In this document: positions 17,769 through 26,680 of the stretch, piece by piece | Position numbering within the stretch: position 1 is the first letter of the stretch | Layout of the letters: the number at the start of each line of letters is the position of its first letter | DNA from: Flavobacteriales bacterium | Lineage (GTDB): Bacteria; Bacteroidota; Bacteroidia; NS11-12g; UBA9320 | Assembly (NCBI GenBank): GCA_020635455.1 | Contig: JACJZT010000003.1 | Coordinates: 266,143-330,142, forward strand | Direction: 5' to 3' | DNA: 64,000 bases | Notes under the pieces: model-generated | The model's database searches: none | Told to the model about the DNA's origin: nothing | What the model saw: the letters and a program-made list of their open reading frames with translations, nothing else | Position numbers and translations under genes: made by a program

Positions 17769-20537
17769 TTATACCACCACATTTATGATCCTTCCTTTTA
17801 CGAAAATAAATTTCTTCAAAGGCTTCCCATCCATCCATTTCTGAACGATCTCATTTGCAAGAACCGAATTCTCGATCTCAGACTGAGGAGCATTCAGAGC
17901 AAAATTCATCTGCAACCGCATTTTTCCATTTACCGAAACCGGATAATTAAAATCATCGTCCTTTAAGAATTTTTCTTCTGCCTCGGGGTATTGGGCGTCG
18001 AGAACCGAACCACCGAATCCGGCTTTTTGCCATAATTCTTCACAAATATGAGGAGCAAAAGGACTCATCATGATAACAAATTTTTTGAAAACCTCCTTAT
18101 TCCGGCATTTATGGCCCTGAAGTTCATTTAAACAGATCATAAAAGAACTTATACATGTATTGAAGGAATACCGTTCAATATCGTCCTGAACTTTTTTAAG
18201 GGTTCTGTGTATCAATTTAAGACTGGCTTCACCAGGTTCAGCATCATCAATGGTTAAGTTGCCATCGTCATTTACGTAAAACGACCAAAATCGTTTCAAA
18301 AACCTGCTGACTCCGTCGATCCCTTTGGTTGCCCAGGGTTTGTCCTGATCAATGGGTCCAAGAAACATTTCGTACATACGAAAAGCATCCGTCCCGTAAT
18401 TCTCGATCACTTCATCGGGATTAACCACATTCCTCAGTCGCTTGCTCATTTTGGTTATGGCCTTTTCAAAAGTAAAATTGCCCTGGTCCATCACAAACTC
18501 GTAGGATTTAAACTGGGTAAACTCTTCGCAGAAAGCTTCGATCTCATCGGTCTGAAAATTCTCATCATCCCCAATGTATTCATACGGCACCTGAAACTGA
18601 AGTAATCCATTTGTATCAGGTGTTAAGCTGTAGCTGTAAATCTTCTTGATTTCCGGGTTGTAATAACAATAATAAACCACCCCACCGATCATTCCCTGAT
18701 TGATCAGCTTTTTATATGGCTCATCAAACCCTATATAACCGAGGTCGTGAAGCACTTTGCACCACATACGGGAGTAAAGCAGATGCCCGACTGCATGTTC
18801 TGCACCTCCTACATATAAGTCGACCTGATTCCAGTAATCGGATTTTGATCGGTCACAGAATTCGTTCTGATTATCAGGGTCCATATATCGGAGGTAGTAC
18901 CAGCTGCTTCCTGCATAACCCGGCATCGTATCCGTTTCACGAACCATTCCATCGTCGGTTTTAACCCAATCATCCATTCCTGCAAGTGGTGAACGTCCGT
19001 CACCGGTTGGCTTATAAGATTCCACTTCGGGTAAAGTAACCGGCAGGTTCTCCAGGGTTTCGGTAAAGATGGTTTCCCCGGAATATTTTACCGGGAAGGG
19101 CTCTCCCCAATATCTTTGCCGACTAAAACCGGCATCTCTCATCCGGTAATTGATCATGCGTTTACCGAGTTTACGATCTTCAATGCTTTTCATGATCAAA
19201 CTGCTGGCTTCGGAATAATTCATTCCATTCAGATCAATCCCACCTGCTGAAGAATTAATTAAGATGGCATTTTTTTCTTCATAAGCATTTTCACTCAGAT
19301 CAACCTTATCGAATATATTCGGTATGGGTAAGTTAAACTTACGTGCGAATGCATAATCTCTTGAATCTCCTGAAGGAACGGCCATTATAGCACCTGTGCC
19401 ATAACCCATCAGCACATAATCTGCTATATAAACGGGCACAAGGGAGTCTGTGAAAGGGTGAAGCACATAGGCTCCGGTAAATTCACCGGTAACTTCTTTG
19501 CTTTCAGATTTTCTTTCCAGTTCGGACCTTGAATTGCTATACGCTTTGTATTTTTCGATTTTAACCGTTTGTTCCGCACTGCAGATCAGATCGAGCAATG
19601 GGTGCTCCGGTGCCAAAACCATGAACGAAACGCCAAAAATTGTATCCGGCCTTGTCGTAAAACATTGTATGCTTAAATCTTCCATGCCAATCAACTTAAA
19701 GCTAATCAGCATGCCTTCGCTCCGGCCTATCCAGTTTCGCTGCATTTCTTTGAGACTCTCCGGAAAATCAACCCATTCAAGTCCTTCAAGTAAGCGGTCT
19801 GCAAATTTCGTGATCCTCAAAAACCACTGGCTCATTTCTTTTCTTACCACAGGATGTCCGCCTCTTTCCGATACACCGTTTATTACCTCATCGTTGGCCA
19901 GGACCGTGCCCAGGGCTTCGCACCAGTTTATGGTTGAAACATCCTTATAGGCAAGCCTGTGAACTTTTAATTCAGCCTGTTTCTCGACTTCACTTAGTTC
20001 ATTCCAGCCTTTATTGATGCTTGTGACCCTTTCTCCTTTTTCAAATAATTGAACTAAAGTTTGAATGGGCTCGGCTTTTCCGGTTTGCGGATTGAACCAA
20101 CTATGATACATCTGTATAAAGATCCATTGGGTCCATTTGTAATAATCAGGATCAGAAGTTCTCACTTCTCTGTCCCAATCGTAACAAAAACCGATGTTCT
20201 TTAATTGTTCCTTGTACCGGATAATGTTTTTGTCGGTGGTAACCGAAGGATGCTGACCGGTTTCAATGGCGTACTGCTCAGCAGGCAAACCAAATGCATC
20301 AAATCCCATGGGGTGAAGAACATTATAGCCCTGTAACCTTTTGAACCTTGAAACGATATCACTGGCAATATACCCTAAAGGATGCCCAACGTGCAGTCCT
20401 GCTCCACTTGGATAAGGAAACATATCAAGAACATAGTATTTAGGTTTTTCGGAAGGGCCTTCAACTTTGTACAGCTGATTATCCTGCCAGTATTGTTGCC
20501 ATTTCCGCTCAATATCCCTGAAATTATAGGTACTCAT
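17769..20537 (-). CDS. leuS: Leucine--tRNA ligase
   Basis: LeuS homology begins at MSTYNFRDIERKWQQYWQ, from the ATG at 20537. HIGH motif HVGHPLGY and a KMSKRL-like MSKRLRN are present. The ORF-track N-terminal extension to 20657 is rejected. Confidence 0.9.
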   Translation of the reverse strand: MSTYNFRDIERKWQQYWQDNQLYKVEGPSEKPKYYVLDMFPYPSGAGLHVGHPLGYIASDIVSRFKRLQGYNVLHPMGFDAFGLPAEQYAIETGQHPSVTTDKNIIRYKEQLKNIGFCYDWDREVRTSDPDYYKWTQWIFIQMYHSWFNPQTGKAEPIQTLVQLFEKGERVTSINKGWNELSEVEKQAELKVHRLAYKDVSTINWCEALGTVLANDEVINGVSERGGHPVVRKEMSQWFLRITKFADRLLEGLEWVDFPESLKEMQRNWIGRSEGMLISFKLIGMEDLSIQCFTTRPDTIFGVSFMVLAPEHPLLDLICSAEQTVKIEKYKAYSNSRSELERKSESKEVTGEFTGAYVLHPFTDSLVPVYIADYVLMGYGTGAIMAVPSGDSRDYAFARKFNLPIPNIFDKVDLSENAYEEKNAILINSSAGGIDLNGMNYSEASSLIMKSIEDRKLGKRMINYRMRDAGFSRQRYWGEPFPVKYSGETIFTETLENLPVTLPEVESYKPTGDGRSPLAGMDDWVKTDDGMVRETDTMPGYAGSSWYYLRYMDPDNQNEFCDRSKSDYWNQVDLYVGGAEHAVGHLLYSRMWCKVLHDLGYIGFDEPYKKLINQGMIGGVVYYCYYNPEIKKIYSYSLTPDTNGLLQFQVPYEYIGDDENFQTDEIEAFCEEFTQFKSYEFVMDQGNFTFEKAITKMSKRLRNVVNPDEVIENYGTDAFRMYEMFLGPIDQDKPWATKGIDGVSRFLKRFWSFYVNDDGNLTIDDAEPGEASLKLIHRTLKKVQDDIERYSFNTCISSFMICLNELQGHKCRNKEVFKKFVIMMSPFAPHICEELWQKAGFGGSVLDAQYPEAEEKFLKDDDFNYPVSVNGKMRLQMNFALNAPQSEIENSVLANEIVQKWMDGKPLKKFIFVKGRIINVVV

Positions 20538-20688
20538 AAGAAGTTTGCAAAAATATGGAATAATTATCTGGAGTAATGACAATAATAGGGTTAAAAATAC
20601 CTTCAACCGGAAAAGTGTAGCGATTGGTATGATAAAAGTCAATGAAACTAAAACCAAACAAACGTTTGTTTTTTAAACTTAATTATAT

Positions 20689-20696
20689 TAACTTTG
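20689..20696 (+). promoter_or_regulatory. -7 box TAacTTTG upstream of the TetR gene
   Basis: TAACTTTG ends 10 nt before the ATG at 20707. Confidence 0.4.
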
Positions 20697-20706
20697 AATT
20701 TTAAAC

Positions 20707-21294
20707 ATGGCACTTACCAAAACGGAAATCATAAAAAGGTCCATTCCCGTGTTTAAGGAAAAGGGATATAATGCAACCTGCATGGCGGACATTGCAAATG
20801 CCACCGGTATACTAAAGGGCTCCATATATCACCATTTCCCATCCAAGGAAGCCCTAATGACTGAAATTTTGGAATATCTGCGCAGTTACTTTGTTGAGAA
20901 GGTTTTTTCCATTGCCTATAATGAAAAGTCGCCCATTGAAAAAAGGCTTGAAAAACTTGCAAGAAAATCGGAAGAACATTTTTTAGACGGAACCGGAGGA
21001 TGCTTTATGTCGATGATCGGAACCGAGACCGTATTAAACCAGAAGTCCTTTAATCTAATTATCACAGAGTTCTTCAAAGATTGGCATTCGGCCTTTATGC
21101 ATCTATACTCGCAGGTTACCGATGCTCAAAAAGCCGATCAGTATTCTGAAAGAGCCATCATGCTCATTGAAGGTGCCGTATTGCTTATGAGAATACACAA
21201 TAACGTTGATTACCTTACTAAAGTGCAAAAAATGTTGTTGTCGGAATTCAAACTCCTCAATATAAATCACATCAAAAAATCAACCATTCAGTAA
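20707..21294 (+). CDS. TetR/AcrR family transcriptional regulator, likely repressor of the downstream beta-oxidation operon
   Basis: N-terminal HTH_TetR signature, then a ligand-binding C-terminal domain. It sits immediately upstream of the beta-oxidation genes. Confidence 0.75.
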   Translation: MALTKTEIIKRSIPVFKEKGYNATCMADIANATGILKGSIYHHFPSKEALMTEILEYLRSYFVEKVFSIAYNEKSPIEKRLEKLARKSEEHFLDGTGGCFMSMIGTETVLNQKSFNLIITEFFKDWHSAFMHLYSQVTDAQKADQYSERAIMLIEGAVLLMRIHNNVDYLTKVQKMLLSEFKLLNINHIKKSTIQ

Positions 21295-21295
21295 A

Positions 21296-23686
21296 GTGAA
21301 AATTAGAAGAATAAAAAAAGTGGCCATAATTGGCTCGGGTGTAATGGGTAGCAGACTGGCATGCCATTTTGCGAACGCAGGAATAAAAACCATACTTCTG
21401 GATATCGTAACTCCGGGCTTGAATGAAGAGGAATCGGGTAAACCGGAGCATAGGAATAAGCTAGTGAACGAGGCCTTACAAACGGCGCTCAGATCGAATC
21501 CTTCACCTGTATACAACAAGGATGTAAGTTTATTAATAAAAACCGGAAACATTGAAGACCATCTGGAATGGTTAAAGGATGTGGACTGGACCATTGAAGC
21601 GGTGGTTGAAAATCTCGAAATAAAAAAACAACTCTTCGAAAAACTGGAGCAATTCCGAAAACCGGGAACCCTGATTTCAAGTAATACCAGCGGAATCCCG
21701 ATTTCGTGGATGTCGAAAGACCGGAGCGATGATTTTCGGGCACATTTTTGTGGTACCCACTTTTTCAATCCGCCAAGATATCTTCCTTTATTAGAGATCA
21801 TTCCCGGAAAGGATACTTCAGAGGACGTTGTTGATTTTTTAATGGAGTTCGGGTCTTTGAACCTTGGCAAAACCACCGTGAAATGCAAGGACACTCCTGC
21901 ATTTATTGCCAACAGGGTGGGAATTTACAGCATCATGGCTGTGTTTAAATTAATGCATGAACTTGACCTCAACATTGAGATCGTTGATTCACTAACAGGC
22001 CCCCTTACGGGAAAACCAAAATCGGCAACTTTCAGAACTTCGGATGTGGTTGGACTTGATACGCTGGCTAAAGTAGCCGCCGGCCTTGAAATGGCACTGA
22101 CCAATGACCGGGAAAAAGACATCTTTAAACTTCCGGAATATGTTCAGAAAATGCTGGACAAAAAATGGCTCGGCGATAAAACAAAACAAGGATTTTACAA
22201 AAAAACCAAGGACGAGAATGGAAACAGACTTATTCTGGCACTCGATCTGAAGTTGATGGAATACCAAATGCCAACCAAAACCCGTTTCGATTCGGTTGGA
22301 AATGCACGTCAAATTGAAAATCTTAAAGACAGAATGAAATTTCTGTCGACTCAAACCGATGTTGCAGGCAAATTCATTAACCTGCTGAATTATCACGTTT
22401 TTCAATATGTAAGCCACAGGATACCCGAAATATCCGATTCACTTTATCAGATCGACGATGCCATGCGTGCAGGTTTTGGCTGGGAATACGGTCCATTTGA
22501 AACCTGGGACATTCTGGGCGTCGAAAGAACTCTCGAATCCATGGAGAAAAACAATTTTGAAGTGGCCTCCTGGATAAAGGAAATGCTGGCAAAAGGTATT
22601 CGCAAGTTTTACAAATCGGAAAATGGCAAAGCCTATTATTACGATATAAATTCAGGCGAATACAAAATTATTCCCGGACGCGAAAGCTTCATCCTGCTCG
22701 ACAATTTCAGGTCGCAACCTGCCGTATGGCAAAACAAAGGATGCACCCTGCACGATATCGGAGATGGAGTTTTAAACCTCGAGTTTCACACAAAAATGAA
22801 CACTCTTGGTTCAGAGGTTCTCGAAGGAATCAATAAATCCATTGAGATCGCCGAAAAAGAATTTAATGGTTTGGTGCTCGGTAACAATGCGGCGAATTTT
22901 TCGGCCGGTGCCAATCTGGCAATGCTTTTCATGCTGGCAATCGATCAGGAATTCGACGAACTCGACATGGCGGTGAGGTATTTCCAAAACACGGTAATGA
23001 AACTCAGATATTCATCTATTCCGGTTGTAATTGCTCCTCACGGGCTCACGCTTGGAGGAGGATGCGAAATGACCTTGCATGCCGATTCGGCTGTAGCTCA
23101 TGTTGAAACGTACATCGGACTTGTTGAATTTGGGGTTGGATTGATACCGGCAGGTGGAGGAACCAAGGAATTTGTGGTTCGAACTTCGGATAGTTTTTAC
23201 GAAGGTGACCCCCAACTTCCCAAATTACAGGAAAGATTCACCACCATCGCAACGGCTAAGGTGGCCACCTCGGCTTCTGAAGCTTTTGACCTGGGATTGC
23301 TGCATCACGACAAGGACCTTGCGGTTATGAATCTTCAAAGACAATTGCTTGAAGCCAAAAACAAAGTGCTCGAATTGAGTTCGGCAGGTTATGTTCAGCC
23401 AGTAATGAGAGATGACATTCTTGTACTGGGAAGAACCGCCCTTGGGACCCTTTATGCCGGAACCGAGGCATTTAAACTTAGCAATTACGCCAGTGAACAC
23501 GACATGAAGATCGCCCGAAAACTGGCATTTGTTATGGCAGGCGGCGACCTGAGCCAGCCTACAAGGGTCTCTGAGCAGTATTTGCTTGACCTGGAAAGGG
23601 AAGCCTTTTTAAGCCTTTTAGGTGAAAAAAAGACGCTTGAACGTATTCAATCAATTTTAAAAGGCGGTAAACCATTAAGAAACTAA
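21296..23686 (+). CDS. Bifunctional 3-hydroxyacyl-CoA dehydrogenase / enoyl-CoA hydratase (FadN/FadB-like, dehydrogenase domain first)
   Basis: 796 aa. N-terminal Rossmann IIGSGVMGS and a C-terminal crotonase fold (GNNAANFSAGANL, GLTLGGGCEM). Confidence 0.8.
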   Translation: MKIRRIKKVAIIGSGVMGSRLACHFANAGIKTILLDIVTPGLNEEESGKPEHRNKLVNEALQTALRSNPSPVYNKDVSLLIKTGNIEDHLEWLKDVDWTIEAVVENLEIKKQLFEKLEQFRKPGTLISSNTSGIPISWMSKDRSDDFRAHFCGTHFFNPPRYLPLLEIIPGKDTSEDVVDFLMEFGSLNLGKTTVKCKDTPAFIANRVGIYSIMAVFKLMHELDLNIEIVDSLTGPLTGKPKSATFRTSDVVGLDTLAKVAAGLEMALTNDREKDIFKLPEYVQKMLDKKWLGDKTKQGFYKKTKDENGNRLILALDLKLMEYQMPTKTRFDSVGNARQIENLKDRMKFLSTQTDVAGKFINLLNYHVFQYVSHRIPEISDSLYQIDDAMRAGFGWEYGPFETWDILGVERTLESMEKNNFEVASWIKEMLAKGIRKFYKSENGKAYYYDINSGEYKIIPGRESFILLDNFRSQPAVWQNKGCTLHDIGDGVLNLEFHTKMNTLGSEVLEGINKSIEIAEKEFNGLVLGNNAANFSAGANLAMLFMLAIDQEFDELDMAVRYFQNTVMKLRYSSIPVVIAPHGLTLGGGCEMTLHADSAVAHVETYIGLVEFGVGLIPAGGGTKEFVVRTSDSFYEGDPQLPKLQERFTTIATAKVATSASEAFDLGLLHHDKDLAVMNLQRQLLEAKNKVLELSSAGYVQPVMRDDILVLGRTALGTLYAGTEAFKLSNYASEHDMKIARKLAFVMAGGDLSQPTRVSEQYLLDLEREAFLSLLGEKKTLERIQSILKGGKPLRN

Positions 23687-23694
23687 ATAAAATC

Positions 23695-24867
23695 ATGAGT
23701 GCATATATTATAAAAGGATTGCGATCCGCAGTAACCAAGTCTAAAAAAGGAGGTTTTAGATTTACTTCACCGGTTGATTTTGGAGCCGAAGTGATAAACC
23801 AACTGCTGGCTTCCATACCTCAACTCGACCCCGGCAGAGTTGACGACCTGATGGTTGGAAATGCTGTTCCGGAAGCTGAGCAGGGTTTACAAATGGCGAG
23901 ATGGCTTGGCGTACGAAGCAATTTACCCATTTCCGTTCCGGGTGTAACCGTGAACCGTTATTGTGGGTCGGGAATTGAGACCATTGCCATGGCAACTGCA
24001 AAAATTGAAGCCGGAATGGCCGATTGCATCATTGCAGGTGGTGTTGAAAGCATGAGTCTGGTGCCAACAGTAGGCTATAAAACCGTACCAAATTATTCAA
24101 TCGCAACGGAACATTCAGATTATTTTATCGGTATGGGACTTACAGCCGAAGAAGTTTCCATTAAGTATGGGATCAACCGGGAAGAACAGGATGAATTTTC
24201 GCTTAATTCACATCTAAAGGCCATTGAAGCCATAAAGAACGGTAAATTTAAATCGGAAATTGCCCCGATTACCATTGATGAGGTTTATTACGATGCCGGC
24301 AAGAGAAAAAAAAGAAGTTTTACGGTTGAAGTTGATGAAGGGCCCCGACCCGACACTTCTGCCGAAGGATTGAGCAAATTAAAACCTGCATTTAAACTTG
24401 GCGGATTGGTAACGGCGGGAAATTCTTCTCAAACCAGTGACGGAGCTGCATTTGTTATTATAATGAGTGAAAAGATGATGAAGGAACTTGGACTTGAACC
24501 GGAAGCAAGACTGGTTTCATGTGGAAGTGCCGGAGTAAACCCCAGATATATGGGAATTGGCCCTTGTGAAGCCGTACCCAAAGTATTGCAAAGAACCGGA
24601 ATGAAAATACAGGACATGGACCTGATAGAATTAAATGAGGCCTTTGCTGCTCAATCGCTTGCCGTAATTAAGAATCTTGACCTGGATCCTTCAAAGGTCA
24701 ATCCCAATGGAGGAGCCATTGCTTTGGGGCATCCGCTTGGATGCACCGGAGCCAGACTTGCAATTACCCTTTCGAGAGAATTAAAGGAAAGAAACAAAAA
24801 ATACGGACTGGTAACTGCATGTATTGGAGGCGGACAGGGTATTGCTGCTGTTATAGAGCGATTTTAA
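23695..24867 (+). CDS. fadA: Acetyl-CoA C-acyltransferase (3-ketoacyl-CoA thiolase)
   Basis: Thiolase motifs VNRYCGSG, NGGAIALGHPLGCTGARL and ACIGGGQG. Confidence 0.9.
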   Translation: MSAYIIKGLRSAVTKSKKGGFRFTSPVDFGAEVINQLLASIPQLDPGRVDDLMVGNAVPEAEQGLQMARWLGVRSNLPISVPGVTVNRYCGSGIETIAMATAKIEAGMADCIIAGGVESMSLVPTVGYKTVPNYSIATEHSDYFIGMGLTAEEVSIKYGINREEQDEFSLNSHLKAIEAIKNGKFKSEIAPITIDEVYYDAGKRKKRSFTVEVDEGPRPDTSAEGLSKLKPAFKLGGLVTAGNSSQTSDGAAFVIIMSEKMMKELGLEPEARLVSCGSAGVNPRYMGIGPCEAVPKVLQRTGMKIQDMDLIELNEAFAAQSLAVIKNLDLDPSKVNPNGGAIALGHPLGCTGARLAITLSRELKERNKKYGLVTACIGGGQGIAAVIERF

Positions 24868-24892
24868 ACTTAAATAATAAAACGAAAACGAT

Positions 24893-26671
24893 ATGACCAA
24901 AACATTTTTAAAAGGCGGTGAATTTTTGATAAAAGATGAACTAGCCATAAACACCTATATTCCGGAAGAATTTACCGAAGAACAAGTTATGTTCAGTGAA
25001 ATGGCAGAAGACTTTTTAAGAACCAAAGTTTGGCCAAACATTGAAAAAATAGATAAATGTGAAGACCCTAACCTAATGATCAACCTGCTGAGTGAAGCAG
25101 GGGAACTGGGGTTGCTGGGAGCCGGTGTACCGGAATCATACGGAGGACTTGGTGTTGACTTCAATACCGAAACCATACTGGCCGAGCATCTTGGACCAAG
25201 CCATTCTTTTGGAGTAGCCGTTGCAGCCCATTCCGGAATTGGCACCCTGCCCATTCTGTATTTTGGAACCGAAGAACAGAAGCAAAAGTACCTGCCCGAT
25301 CTGGCAACAGGGAAGACCAAAGCGGCTTATTGCCTCACTGAACCCGGAAGTGGTTCGGACGCACTGGCTGCCAAAACAAAAGCTGTATTAAGCGAAGATG
25401 GAAAACATTATATCATAAATGGCCAAAAAATGTGGATCACCAACGGTGGTTTTGCCGATATACTGACGGTATTTGCAAAGATCGACGGTGAACAATTTAC
25501 AGGATTTATTGTGGAGGCTAACACTCCGGGAGTTACTTTGGGAAAAGAGGAAAAGAAAATGGGTATAAAAGGTTCCTCCACTTGTCAGATCTTTTTTGAC
25601 AATGTTAAAATACCCGTAGAAAACCTGCTGGGTGAAGCAGGAAAAGGCCACAAAATAGCCTTCAATGTATTGAACATTGGTCGTTTTAAGCTTTGCGCCA
25701 TGGTTACAGGCGGGGCCAAAGAGGCAACATCGGTTGCAGTAAAATATGCCAATGAACGAAAACAATTTGGTGTTCCCATTTCAAGTTTCGGGGCCATCAA
25801 GTACAAGATCGCCGAAATGGCCATTCGAACCTTTGCATCAGAATCTGCAACATACCGAACGTCTTCCATGATCAGAAACAAGATCGCAGACCTGGTTGAT
25901 GAAGGAAAAGACCGGGTAATGGCAAAACTTGAAGCTGCAGAAGAATATAGCATAGAATGCGCTATTTTGAAAGTACTGGGATCGGAAGTACTGGATTATG
26001 TGTCGGATGAGGCCGTTCAGATCTTTGGCGGGACCGGATACAGTGAAGATTATCCTGTGGCACGATTTTATCGCGACAGCCGGATCAACAGGATCTTTGA
26101 AGGCACCAACGAAATAAACCGGATACTTACGGTTGCCATGATGCTGAAAAGGACCATGAAAGGCCAACTCGACCTCATGACACCTGCTTTGGAAATTCAA
26201 AAAGAACTTACCAGCATTCCCGATTTTGGGGATGAACCTGAAGGATATCTGGCCCCGGAAAAAAAGGCCCTTGCTCAAGCCAAGAAGGCCATATTAATGG
26301 TTGCCGGAGCAGCCGTTCAAAAGTTTATGATGGAATTTGAGAAAGAGCAGGAGATCATGATGAACCTTGCCGATATGCTGATCGACCTGTATGCAGCCGA
26401 AAGCACCATTTTGAGGGTTGAAAAACTCAACTCCATTAAGCCCGAAAAAGCTCAGCTTTTTGAAAACATTGCCAAATGTTACCTCAACGATTCTCTGGAA
26501 CGCATTCATTTGAACGGAAAACACGCCATTACTGCATTTAGCGAAGGAGATGAATTGCGTATGATGTTGCTGGGCCTGAAAAGGTTTACCAAGTACAATG
26601 CCATCAATACGACTGCAATAAGAAGAGAAGTTGCTGACAGCATTATTGAAGCCGGAGGATATAACATGTAG
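24893..26671 (+). CDS. Acyl-CoA dehydrogenase
   Basis: 592 aa with ACAD N-terminal, middle and C-terminal domains (CLTEPGSGSDA, QIFGGTGYSEDYPVARFYRDSRI). Confidence 0.85.
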   Translation: MTKTFLKGGEFLIKDELAINTYIPEEFTEEQVMFSEMAEDFLRTKVWPNIEKIDKCEDPNLMINLLSEAGELGLLGAGVPESYGGLGVDFNTETILAEHLGPSHSFGVAVAAHSGIGTLPILYFGTEEQKQKYLPDLATGKTKAAYCLTEPGSGSDALAAKTKAVLSEDGKHYIINGQKMWITNGGFADILTVFAKIDGEQFTGFIVEANTPGVTLGKEEKKMGIKGSSTCQIFFDNVKIPVENLLGEAGKGHKIAFNVLNIGRFKLCAMVTGGAKEATSVAVKYANERKQFGVPISSFGAIKYKIAEMAIRTFASESATYRTSSMIRNKIADLVDEGKDRVMAKLEAAEEYSIECAILKVLGSEVLDYVSDEAVQIFGGTGYSEDYPVARFYRDSRINRIFEGTNEINRILTVAMMLKRTMKGQLDLMTPALEIQKELTSIPDFGDEPEGYLAPEKKALAQAKKAILMVAGAAVQKFMMEFEKEQEIMMNLADMLIDLYAAESTILRVEKLNSIKPEKAQLFENIAKCYLNDSLERIHLNGKHAITAFSEGDELRMMLLGLKRFTKYNAINTTAIRREVADSIIEAGGYNM

Positions 26672-26680
26672 TTCTGAAAA

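Noticed and set aside
17729-17786. Inverted repeat AAATGTGGTG ... CACCACATTT between convergent hbd and leuS
   Set aside because: A 10-bp stem but a roughly 38-nt loop, and the right arm lies inside the leuS coding end. Weak as a terminator.
17769-20657. N-terminal extension of the leuS ORF (MVLVSLTFIIPIATLF...)
   Set aside because: LeuS homology starts at MSTYNFRD (ATG 20537). The extension runs through the promoter region toward the TetR gene.
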